Source: Fidelibacterota bacterium (GTDB lineage: Bacteria; Fidelibacterota; Marinisomatia; Marinisomatales; TCS56). From it: DNA of 21,099 bases. A program made the position numbers and the translations under genes. The stretch is taken from positions 1 through 21,099 of the forward strand of contig JBDRBK010000177.1 of the NCBI GenBank assembly GCA_043822705.1, written 5' to 3'. The notes under the pieces were generated by a model that worked only from the letters and a program-made list of their open reading frames with translations, did no database searches and was not told the origin of the DNA. Numbering within the stretch: position 1 is the stretch's first letter; each line of letters opens with the position of its first letter. Shown here piece after piece: positions 1 to 8,309 of the stretch.

Positions 1-295
1 GGATCAGCTCATAATCCAGCAGCGGCTCGACCCGGTTGGCGCCATAACCGCCGCGGGCACAGATAATCGCATCGACAGTGGGATCGGCGAACATTGCCAT
101 AATATCGGCCGCCCGTTCTTCCGGCGTTCCCGCATACAGGTTATTGCGCAGCAGGGGCGACTTACCCAGTTTGATTTTGAAGCCCCGTTTTTCCATGATT
201 TTAACGGTCTTGTCCAGTAATTCCTCTTTGAGCCAGTAGGATGGATTGATGATCCCGATGGTGGCCCCAGGTTTTAAGCGTGTTGGTTTCAGCAT
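1..295 (-). CDS. LD-carboxypeptidase, peptidase S66 (LdcA/MccF-like), N-terminal part; runs off the left edge
   Basis: Not in the ORF track. Manual translation from ATG at 295: MLKPTRLKPGATIGIINPSYWLKEELLDKTVKIMEKRGFKIKLGKSPLLRNNLYAGTPEERAADIMAMFADPTVDAIICARGGYGANRVEPLLDYELI. LKPG-TIGII-PS, AGT-EERA-D and ARGGYG are hallmark S66 motifs. GGAG RBS 5 nt upstream, 10 nt after the dacB stop, no signal peptide. The catalytic GYSD Ser lies outside the window. Confidence 0.88.
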   Translation of the reverse strand, partial: MLKPTRLKPGATIGIINPSYWLKEELLDKTVKIMEKRGFKIKLGKSPLLRNNLYAGTPEERAADIMAMFADPTVDAIICARGGYGANRVEPLLDYELI

Positions 296-305
296 GTTCA
301 CTCCG

Positions 306-1754
306 TTAGTAGGTTGCCAGAATTTTACCGATTTCATCCTGCAGGCGGCGATACGGTCGCGACGCACCCACATAGCCGTTCATCATGATTGAGAAGACCA
401 GTGGTTCCCCCCGACGACTGAAAGCGAATCCGGAAAGCGAACTGGCCCCCGACAAGGTGCCGGTCTTAGCCAGAATTTTCTCCCGGACTTCGTCCGCCTG
501 CATCCGTTCTTCCAACGTTCCGTCCACACCGGCTATCGGCAGTGCGTCCAGAAACACCTGGTTGAAATTTTCATTATGGTAGGCATAGGTCAGAGCCTTT
601 ATCAGTTGATCGGGGCTGGTCAGATTGTAGCGCGACACCCCCGAACCGTCGGCGATCCGGATTCCAGTGGTATCGATGCCGACTTCATTACTCAGAAATA
701 TTTTTACGGCGGTCAGTCCGTTCCGCCAGTTGCCCTGCTGACCGGTTTGCAGCATTCCGATCGTCTTAACCAGCAGTTCGCCGGTCAGATTGTCGCTGAC
801 CTTGAGGAAATTCTTCACAACTGCGGGCAGCGGTTCCGAAACATGATTGGCGATTACCGCATAGCCCTCGGGGATGCCGGTGATCACCGTCGGTCCGGTG
901 ACGGTTACGCCGTGCCTGGTCAGCATTTCCCGGAACACCTGACCGGTAAATCGGGCCGGCTGATCGATATTGCGGAAGAGCGTGTCCCTTTCCGCGTTCA
1001 CCAGCAATTCGCCGGTTATTTCCAGATTATTGGACCGTTCCCACCAGCGCCGCCGCACGGATAAATCCTGCAGATCGGTGGTGTCGTTAACGGTGACGGC
1101 CTGGTTGAAGACAGTTACGTAGCCCGTCGGCGGGTTGATCAGAATCCGTGGTGGAAGGCCTGTTGAATCCGGCGCAATATCGATATCGATGCAATTATCA
1201 TTCAGGGACATGGCGTCGATCTGGGCGGCGTACCATTCGTCGCCTTCGTCCCACATCCAGCCCTCGCCCCAGCGGGTCGAATCCAGTGTCGTATTGTCGA
1301 TAATCAGCGTATCGATAAAACTGATCATACCGGCGATGACAGCCGCCAGTGAATCCAGGCTTTTTAAACTCAGATCAGGGTCGCCGTCGCCCTTTAAAAC
1401 CAGCGCGCTGACCCGTGGCCGGTAGATTTCGGTACGCTTGATCCAAACCGTGGTCAGGAAACGGTAATCGGTTCCCAGGTAGTGTAGCGCCGCCACCGAC
1501 GAGTATATTTTATTATTACTGGCCGGTGTAAACAGATGATCGCTATTGAGCTGATACAGCGTTTTACCCGATTCCAGCGATACAACTTTTACGCCCAGAT
1601 TGGGGGCAATTCCCGATTTGTCGATAGCTTTTTTGATTGACCGGGAAAGCGGCGGATGTCCCTGGGCCTGATAAATCGCCGGAGATTGGGAGCAGCCGTT
1701 GAATAACAGAATACTAGTCAGAATAGTGTAAATCAGTGGTAGTAGTTTTTTCAT
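306..1754 (-). CDS. dacB: D-alanyl-D-alanine carboxypeptidase/endopeptidase, PBP4 (peptidase S13); probable lipoprotein
   Basis: All three PBP motifs: PASNNK (SxxK), SDN (SxN), AKTGTL (KTG). Also GDGDPDL and DGSGVSRYN, typical of S13. Hydrophobic N-terminal segment ending in a lipobox-like LFNGC. Confidence 0.93.
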   Translation of the reverse strand: MKKLLPLIYTILTSILLFNGCSQSPAIYQAQGHPPLSRSIKKAIDKSGIAPNLGVKVVSLESGKTLYQLNSDHLFTPASNNKIYSSVAALHYLGTDYRFLTTVWIKRTEIYRPRVSALVLKGDGDPDLSLKSLDSLAAVIAGMISFIDTLIIDNTTLDSTRWGEGWMWDEGDEWYAAQIDAMSLNDNCIDIDIAPDSTGLPPRILINPPTGYVTVFNQAVTVNDTTDLQDLSVRRRWWERSNNLEITGELLVNAERDTLFRNIDQPARFTGQVFREMLTRHGVTVTGPTVITGIPEGYAVIANHVSEPLPAVVKNFLKVSDNLTGELLVKTIGMLQTGQQGNWRNGLTAVKIFLSNEVGIDTTGIRIADGSGVSRYNLTSPDQLIKALTYAYHNENFNQVFLDALPIAGVDGTLEERMQADEVREKILAKTGTLSGASSLSGFAFSRRGEPLVFSIMMNGYVGASRPYRRLQDEIGKILATY

Positions 1755-1949
1755 ATCAGGTTTGGCTTTTGATTTATTGTGTTACCGTCAAGGTTAGAGT
1801 AGAACCACTATAATTTTCCCGAATAAATTCGGTGTCGGCGGAAATTCCCCCGGTAAACTGATTTTTACTGGCTGTAAAAACGGTAAACACGGACCGGAAA
1901 TTATTCTCCCGCGATAATCTTTGAAACGGAAAAGCCCAGTGAAAAGCAC

Positions 1950-3248
1950 TTACTTGGAAACTGGTTCGGAATATAGCTGGTATTTCTTGACCAGTGCCTG
2001 GTAGTCATCAGAAGTACTATCCTCCCAGGGCCAGGATATTGTACCACCGAGCTTCAGATTGTCGATTAACTCCGGTAACGTGTCCGATCCCCAGAGCCGG
2101 GCCAGGGTGCCGCGGTTGTATTCCAATTGTTCGGGGTACAGGGAGTGGATCGTCGCCAGTACCAAAACGCCGGTTGCAACACTGTTTAACACCGATCGGT
2201 CGGTCAGCAGGATTTCCACCCCGCCACAGTTCTGATTCTTGAACTTGGGATTATCCGACATGCCAGCGATACCGACCGGAGTGAAACGTATTGGTTTGAA
2301 AACGATGCCCGGCAGCTGCAAATCATTCAAGGCTTGCGCAAGCTTCTTTTCTTCGATCCAGGGTGCGCCGATCTTCTTGAATGGTTGATAGGTGCCACGG
2401 CCTTCATTGACATTGATACCTTCCACCAGGCACAGGCCGGGATAGATGATCGCTGTTTCCAGATCCGGAATATTGGGGGAAGGTTTGACCCAGGGCAGGC
2501 CGGTCTCGTCGTACCATAAGTTCGGTGACCAGCCCTGCATTGGAATAATTTCCAGTTGCGGCGTTCCCGTTATCCAGCCTTCACCGACGATCATCCGCGC
2601 CAGTTCGCCGACCGTCAGACCGTAGGCCACGGGGATCGGGTAGTAACCAACAAAGGACCGATAGGTCAGGTCCAGCAGCGGTCCCTCGATCCGATCGCCA
2701 CGAATCGGGTTGGGACGATCCAGCACCCAAACCGGTATGTTTTGTTCGGCGCCGGCTTCCAGTATCAGACCCAGAGTCGAGATATAGGTATAATAGCGGG
2801 CGCCGACATCCTGAATGTCATAGATTATCAGGTCGACCCCGGCCAGCATCTTGGCCGTTGGTTTGCGGTTCTGACCGTAGAGGCTGATTACCTGTGGTAA
2901 CTCTTCGATTGAATCATACTGCACTTGTTCGCCGGCGGCGGCTTCACCGAACAGTCCATGCTCGGGTGAGAAAATGACCTTCAGCCGGGTCGATTTTATA
3001 TTCATCAGTAAACGGTAATTAGGCGTACCTTGCTTATCAATACCGGAATTGTTGGTTACCAGGGCAATGTTGCGGCCCTTCAACCGTTCCGCTTGTTGAG
3101 TAATCAGAACGTCCAGACCGCTGAGTACGACCGCCGGTCGCGGAGTATCATTTCGGCCATATTTTTCCTGGTGTTCCTGATGGATTGATGGATGTTCCTG
3201 AGCCGGCAACAAGCCGGTCAGCAGCAGGGCAGTGATAATTATTTTCAT
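1950..3248 (-). CDS. namZ: DUF1343 / NamZ-family exo-beta-N-acetylmuramidase (YbbC-like, GH171), with signal peptide
   Basis: Family motifs IALVTNNSG, FSPEHG, SLYG, DIQDVGARYYTY, VLDRPNP, YGLTVGELA, WVKPSPNIP, EGRGT and GAPW. Signal peptide MKIIITALLLTGLLPA. Start overlaps the upstream stop (ATGA). Confidence 0.9.
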   Translation of the reverse strand: MKIIITALLLTGLLPAQEHPSIHQEHQEKYGRNDTPRPAVVLSGLDVLITQQAERLKGRNIALVTNNSGIDKQGTPNYRLLMNIKSTRLKVIFSPEHGLFGEAAAGEQVQYDSIEELPQVISLYGQNRKPTAKMLAGVDLIIYDIQDVGARYYTYISTLGLILEAGAEQNIPVWVLDRPNPIRGDRIEGPLLDLTYRSFVGYYPIPVAYGLTVGELARMIVGEGWITGTPQLEIIPMQGWSPNLWYDETGLPWVKPSPNIPDLETAIIYPGLCLVEGINVNEGRGTYQPFKKIGAPWIEEKKLAQALNDLQLPGIVFKPIRFTPVGIAGMSDNPKFKNQNCGGVEILLTDRSVLNSVATGVLVLATIHSLYPEQLEYNRGTLARLWGSDTLPELIDNLKLGGTISWPWEDSTSDDYQALVKKYQLYSEPVSK

Positions 3249-5683
3249 TTTAGCAGGGTGAATTTTTTAATGGTGATTTGATTGGTGTTATTCAGTACGG
3301 CCAGATAGACGCCGGTCGGTGCCGGTTTGCCGTCGGCCAGCAAAGCATTCCAGGTGAGTTCCCCTGAACCGCCGGTAGTCGGCAGATCGGTCATTGTGAC
3401 AACCGTTTGACCGAGGATATTGACGATCTGCAGCCGGGCGCCGTCAGCCAGATTCGGCAGGCGATAGGAAATATTGACGACGGTGTTGGACGGGTTAGGG
3501 TACACGGCGGTGATTCCGAATTGTTGCGGCAGGGGCGAGCCGACGTCGGTCCCGGTGTCGGCCAGAGTGAAGAAATCGAGGATTCGCTCCATTATCAAGT
3601 TACGGGTCGCTTCGGGATAGATCGTTTCGAAACCGAACGCCAGGTAGACTACCGCTCCGGTCATATTGCCACCGTCAAAGCTGCCCTGGTATTGAATACC
3701 GGCGCCGCCACGGGTAGCATAATCAACGCCCGTGTACCGCAGGCAGTCCGCAGCGCCGGCGGCGGGTTTGATGCCGTCGGGATAGTCGACATTATAGGTA
3801 CCCTGAGTGCCGTTATCAAAACTGAAACTACCGAGACCATCAAGACAGCTGCTGCTGACGGCGGTTGCGGAGTAACCGTCGCCGGCGGCATCGGTCAGGT
3901 ATTCCGCCTTCAGATAGCCGGAATAAAAATCCTGGTCGGCAGTACTGCCCTGGGCCACCAGATCGTAACCGATTTCCGAGCCGGACAAGAATAGCTGTCC
4001 GCCATATTTAAGATAATCCGCAACCAGCAGTTGTTCCTCGCCGGTGAAGGAACTGTTGGTAGCGCCTTCTTCGCCCAGAATCCAGTCGATGGCCGCATAA
4101 TCGGCCAGATTAACAAAACCATTGATGACGGACTCATTGCTGGCGGCATCGAAGGCCTGGCCGGTCGCCAGGATTGCCGTGCCATGTTGTCGAATGAAAT
4201 CCCGCGAGTTGTTGGTTCCCGACATCCGGTCGAATCCATTGATTACTAGAATCTGCGGTACATCCGCGACTGGCACCACACCCAGCAGTTCAGTCACAGG
4301 GCTGTCGCCGAAATCGTTGGAGGCATAAATTTTTAAAAAATAGCATTGATTCAAGTCCAGCCCGTTCAACACCAGCGGCCGCTGGGAAAGGACAGCCAGT
4401 GTGTCGATCGTGGTTTGATCGGCATAAGCCCTCAGAACCGTGAAATTGTCGGCGTTCTCGGCCCCGCTGAACTGAATCGCAATCGAACCACCACCGATAT
4501 TGTTGATCGATAAATTTTCCGGCGTCAGCGGCGGCGTGGTGGCGCCAAATTTGGCCTGGAGGGCTGACCATAACTTGGAACTGGAGCCATCATAACCCAA
4601 CGCCCACATACCGACACCGCCCAGATCCTTATCCAGGGCCAGATCATACTTCAGGGAAAGCGACAGACTGTCATCGTACCAGACTTGGTACCAGCTGCCG
4701 GACTGATAAGCGATCCAGGGCGTCTGGGTAGTAGCATACCAGTCACTGCCATAAGTCAGCGCCAGGGCCTCGGCTTCAGCATAAAAAGGTGATCCGATAT
4801 AACTGAGCACCGTCGAACCGGGCGTATCGCCGGCAGTCTGCCATTTGCGTCCGTAATAGGGAACACCGAGCATCAGTTTATCGGTCTTGCCGCCGGTTTT
4901 AGTGATATAATCGTTGACCGACCAGGTTATATTATAAGTATAACCGGTCAGGGGCGCTACCGGGCCGGTAGTTTCGCTCCAACTACCGAAAAAGTCGTAG
5001 CCCATGATGAACAGACCGTCACTGACGGTGGCCAGGGCGTTGTAATCCCATTTATCGCTCCAGTCGACCGCCGGCATCGCCAGCGTAACCTGGGAACCGG
5101 GAATCTGGTTGTGAAAAGCGCTGGTCAGGTCGGTGATGAACTGGACCATATTGGCTTTCTGTCCGGCTGGAAACGCCTCGAAATCGATATTAACACCGTC
5201 GCCGTTACCGCTTTTCACCAGGGCGATCAGGTTATTGATCAGATTCTGACGGTAGGTCGGGCTGCTCAGCAGGGTGGTTAATGCCGTGCCATCGAACAGG
5301 GTCACGCACAGCACGACGTCGACGCCGTTGGAATGGGCCAGGTTGATCAGACCGGCATCCGGCCAGCCATTGTAATTGGTGACTGATCCGGTGGCGGTGG
5401 CGCCGACGCTGAACCAGGCAATCGTTGTTAACAGATTGTAATTATAATTCTCCCAGGCGCGGCCGCTCCAGTAGGGATGATAGCCGAAGATTTTATGGCT
5501 GGGCGCGGATGACCTTTGCAGCTTCGGCAGCAGTGGAGCGGTGACCTGCGGCCGGTCCTCGGCAATATAACGATCGGCATAAAATTCCGCCTGCTGCTGG
5601 TGAATGCTTTTAAATGGTTGCCCCGCCAACAGGCCGAGACAGACAACCGGAATCAGGATCGTTTTAGTAAAGGCATTTGGCAT
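3245..5683 (-). CDS. Secreted multidomain GH18 glycoside hydrolase: GH18 + FN3-like + alpha/beta module + C-terminal sorting (T9SS-A/FlgD-like) domain
   Basis: GH18 motifs GYHPYW, DGVNIDFE, FIMGYDF, LGVPYYG, QVWYDD and GVGMWALGYD. C-terminus YPNPSN...IVNILGQ...W...G...PTGVYL...KKFTLLK. ATG at 5683 preferred over GTG at 5704 because it gives a normal signal peptide. Overlaps the lysA end by 20 nt. Confidence 0.85.
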   Translation of the reverse strand: MPNAFTKTILIPVVCLGLLAGQPFKSIHQQQAEFYADRYIAEDRPQVTAPLLPKLQRSSAPSHKIFGYHPYWSGRAWENYNYNLLTTIAWFSVGATATGSVTNYNGWPDAGLINLAHSNGVDVVLCVTLFDGTALTTLLSSPTYRQNLINNLIALVKSGNGDGVNIDFEAFPAGQKANMVQFITDLTSAFHNQIPGSQVTLAMPAVDWSDKWDYNALATVSDGLFIMGYDFFGSWSETTGPVAPLTGYTYNITWSVNDYITKTGGKTDKLMLGVPYYGRKWQTAGDTPGSTVLSYIGSPFYAEAEALALTYGSDWYATTQTPWIAYQSGSWYQVWYDDSLSLSLKYDLALDKDLGGVGMWALGYDGSSSKLWSALQAKFGATTPPLTPENLSINNIGGGSIAIQFSGAENADNFTVLRAYADQTTIDTLAVLSQRPLVLNGLDLNQCYFLKIYASNDFGDSPVTELLGVVPVADVPQILVINGFDRMSGTNNSRDFIRQHGTAILATGQAFDAASNESVINGFVNLADYAAIDWILGEEGATNSSFTGEEQLLVADYLKYGGQLFLSGSEIGYDLVAQGSTADQDFYSGYLKAEYLTDAAGDGYSATAVSSSCLDGLGSFSFDNGTQGTYNVDYPDGIKPAAGAADCLRYTGVDYATRGGAGIQYQGSFDGGNMTGAVVYLAFGFETIYPEATRNLIMERILDFFTLADTGTDVGSPLPQQFGITAVYPNPSNTVVNISYRLPNLADGARLQIVNILGQTVVTMTDLPTTGGSGELTWNALLADGKPAPTGVYLAVLNNTNQITIKKFTLLK

Positions 5684-6920
5684 AGATATCTTCGATCGTC
5701 TCACGGTTGCGGATCAGTCGGGGACCGGCGTCGGTCAGCAGTACTTCCGCGGCGCGCGGGCGGGAATTCAGCTGCTGCGACATGGCGAAACCATAGGCGC
5801 CGGCATCCATGATGGCGATCAGGTCGCCTTCGGCGACGGTCGGGAAGGGCCGGTCGATAGCCTGGCGGTCGGTGTTTTCACAAATCTGGCCGGTAAAATC
5901 GACGGTGCCGGCGGCGGCCTCCGCGGTTGCCCCGACTTTGTAGAAACGATGATGGGCGTCGTACAATGCCGGTCGCAGGATCGTTTCCATGCCGGCGTTG
6001 AGACCGACAAAAGTCCGGTAGCTCTGCTTGAGGCCGGTGACCGTTGCCAGTATAAAACCGGTATCGCCGACGATATATTTGCCGGGTTCGAGCCACAGGG
6101 CCGGACAGTCCGGCGCTTCCTGGTCATAACTGGCATGGAAGACCTGGCCCAACTCGGTCATTACCCGGTCGATCGGAATGGTCTGCTGATCGTCGCGATA
6201 GGGGATGCCGATCCCGCCGCCGATGGAAATATATTCCATGTCCATGCCCAGTTCGCTTTTCAATTCTTTGGCGACATCAATCAACGCCTGCAGCAGTTGC
6301 GGAAAATATTGGTCATCGAGGACACCGGAGCCGGTCATGGCTTGCAGGCCAAAGCGTTTTATACCTAACGATTGAGCACGGCAATAGGCGTCAATGATTA
6401 GATGTCGGGGTACGCCGAACTTGGCTTTTTCGCCGCCGGTGGTGATCTGGGAAAACATACCCTTGCCGAAACCGGGATTGAGCCGGAAAGACACCCGCGG
6501 TGGCAGTCCGATCCGGGCCAATCGTTCCAGGGAAGAAATATCATCAAGATTGATGTTGATGCCGGATTCGATGGCGTAGATCAGGTCGCCGGGCGATTCA
6601 AAGTTGCCGGTATAGATACTGTCACTGGTGGCGATGCCGGCCAGCCGGGTGGCATGAATTTCACCGGGACTGGCGCAATCGGTGCCCAGAGTCGGGAGAA
6701 ATCCATGCATGGCGGCAATCAGGGCCGGATTGCAGTTGGCCTTGACGGCGTAACAGATATGATATTTGGTGAAATTATTTTTCAGGGCGCGGTCCAGGCG
6801 CAGCAGATTGGTCTGCAGACGACCGGCGGAATAAACATAGAGCGGTGTTCCATATTCGGCGGCAAGACTTGACAGCAGCACTTTGTCGTCGATCAAATCG
6901 AGCAGGGGATGTTTGTTCAT
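5664..6920 (-). CDS. lysA: Diaminopimelate decarboxylase (PLP fold-type III), divergent motifs
   Basis: YGTPLYVY, YAVKAN (PLP lysine), RLNPG, TG..KAKFG, IGGGIG, EPGK, RPALY, GQICENTD, DAGAYG and NSRPR. Confidence 0.85.
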   Translation of the reverse strand: MNKHPLLDLIDDKVLLSSLAAEYGTPLYVYSAGRLQTNLLRLDRALKNNFTKYHICYAVKANCNPALIAAMHGFLPTLGTDCASPGEIHATRLAGIATSDSIYTGNFESPGDLIYAIESGININLDDISSLERLARIGLPPRVSFRLNPGFGKGMFSQITTGGEKAKFGVPRHLIIDAYCRAQSLGIKRFGLQAMTGSGVLDDQYFPQLLQALIDVAKELKSELGMDMEYISIGGGIGIPYRDDQQTIPIDRVMTELGQVFHASYDQEAPDCPALWLEPGKYIVGDTGFILATVTGLKQSYRTFVGLNAGMETILRPALYDAHHRFYKVGATAEAAAGTVDFTGQICENTDRQAIDRPFPTVAEGDLIAIMDAGAYGFAMSQQLNSRPRAAEVLLTDAGPRLIRNRETIEDIYAKCLY

Positions 6921-6993
6921 TCGTCTAAAATCCTGTTGTATTGTTTTTTCTAAATTCGGGCCGTATTGCCGGTTGAAGTTACATTCGGTTGGA

Positions 6994-8157
6994 TTATTTG
7001 ATGATTGTCATTTTACACGTCGCGCCGTATCGTCCGGACGACAGGCGGCAGATATAGACACCGGCCGGTTGATCGCCGGCATACCAGATCACTGACTTGA
7101 GTCCCGGTCCCTGGACGACATCGACCAGCATGGCAACCGGGCGGCCCAGCAGATCGTAGATACGCATCGTGATGTGGCCGGTCATTTTAAGTTCGTAGTC
7201 AATTCGGGTGCTGGGATTGAACGGATTCGGATAATTCTGACGCAAACTGAATAATTCGGGGAGCAAAGTGGTTGCGACGACACCGCCGGTCTCCTCGAGA
7301 CCCAGGTAATCGCCGATACCGTGCAGAATGGCATTAGCGCTGGAATCATACATGCCGGCCGCGGCATTGTTCATGTCTTCGTAGGTCAGGGCCAGAACGG
7401 CTGCCCCGTGATTCAGCCAGAACCAGCTCTCGGGATAATAATCGGGCGTGATACTGGTCCAGGTGACGGTATGATCCCAGGATGCGATACCGGAAGGGAA
7501 ATATCCCTGGACGGCAGCGATAAATGCCTGTTCCATTTGAGCATAAACGGCGGAAGTGCCATTTGCATGATGGAAAACAAAATACCGTTGGGTCGCTGCA
7601 TATGCTGAATGCATGTTCAAGGCGATTTCGATTGGCGCGTCTGAGGACATTAATTCTTCAAAACGTTTTTTCAGCGCAGCCGGCTCCGGTTGCAGCGGAA
7701 CATCGGCCCAGTTGCTTTCGATGTCGATGCCGTTGGCATTCTGGCGATCATAGCCCAGTTCAACGCCGTCCGGATTGTACATCGGGATGATATAAAATGT
7801 ACACTGGCGGCGCAGGAGTCGGGCGAATGGGTCGTCGGCGATCAATTGGGCGATGATCTGCTCGGTGACCCGGAAAGACTGAAATTCGTTGGGGTGGGTC
7901 CGGGTGTGAATGTAAACGGTATGCCGGGGAACAGAGGGGGGAGTGGTATCGGTGATCGTCAATTCCCAGAGTGCCCGGTTTTGAACCGAGGCGCCGATGG
8001 AATCGACCGTGACCCAGGGACTGGCATTCCAGCTAACCAGATCGTTCAGCAGGTCGTTGTATCCGTAGCCCCAGTTGGCGGCCGCTACGGAAATATTAAC
8101 GGTGAACAACAGACCGAATATTAAAACCCGATACAGGCGTGGTATTTTTGATTTCAT
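6994..8157 (-). CDS. Secreted M14-family zinc peptidase with C-terminal sorting (T9SS-A-like) domain
   Basis: IGASVQNRAL, HPNE (HxxE zinc ligands), IIPMYNPDG, RQNANGID, LNMHS (third ligand) and LTYE (catalytic Glu). C-terminus LRQNYPNPFNPST...IYDLLGR...AGVYICRL...KMTIIK. Signal peptide at the N-terminus. Confidence 0.85.
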   Translation of the reverse strand: MKSKIPRLYRVLIFGLLFTVNISVAAANWGYGYNDLLNDLVSWNASPWVTVDSIGASVQNRALWELTITDTTPPSVPRHTVYIHTRTHPNEFQSFRVTEQIIAQLIADDPFARLLRRQCTFYIIPMYNPDGVELGYDRQNANGIDIESNWADVPLQPEPAALKKRFEELMSSDAPIEIALNMHSAYAATQRYFVFHHANGTSAVYAQMEQAFIAAVQGYFPSGIASWDHTVTWTSITPDYYPESWFWLNHGAAVLALTYEDMNNAAAGMYDSSANAILHGIGDYLGLEETGGVVATTLLPELFSLRQNYPNPFNPSTRIDYELKMTGHITMRIYDLLGRPVAMLVDVVQGPGLKSVIWYAGDQPAGVYICRLSSGRYGATCKMTIIK

Positions 8158-8309
8158 AAAAGAATACTTTCTTCAGCAGGTTTCGGGTTCCGGCTACCCG
8201 CTGAAAATTAGCGGTATGGGCATCAACATCCAATGGTCTATTCGTGATTGTTTTGTGTATTTTCATGTACCTGTCAAAGTCGGTATGATACTAAATTAAG
8301 CCCAGCACC

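Noticed and set aside
5604..6368. 254-aa plus-strand ORF, and other long antisense ORFs (3407-3994, 8328-9089, 11021-11539, 14219-14713)
   Set aside because: They lie wholly opposite well-supported genes and have no recognisable motifs, as expected for shadow ORFs in moderately GC-rich DNA.
6921..6993. Possible lysine riboswitch upstream of lysA
   Set aside because: The gap is only 73 nt, far shorter than a lysine riboswitch, with no matching structure.
8170..8300. Rex/FNR-like site, weak hairpins and a TATGAT -10 box upstream of cydA
   Set aside because: TTGTGTATTTTCAT does not fit the Rex spacing and there is no TTGAT-N4-ATCAA. The -35 match is poor and the stems are short. Not supportable as features.
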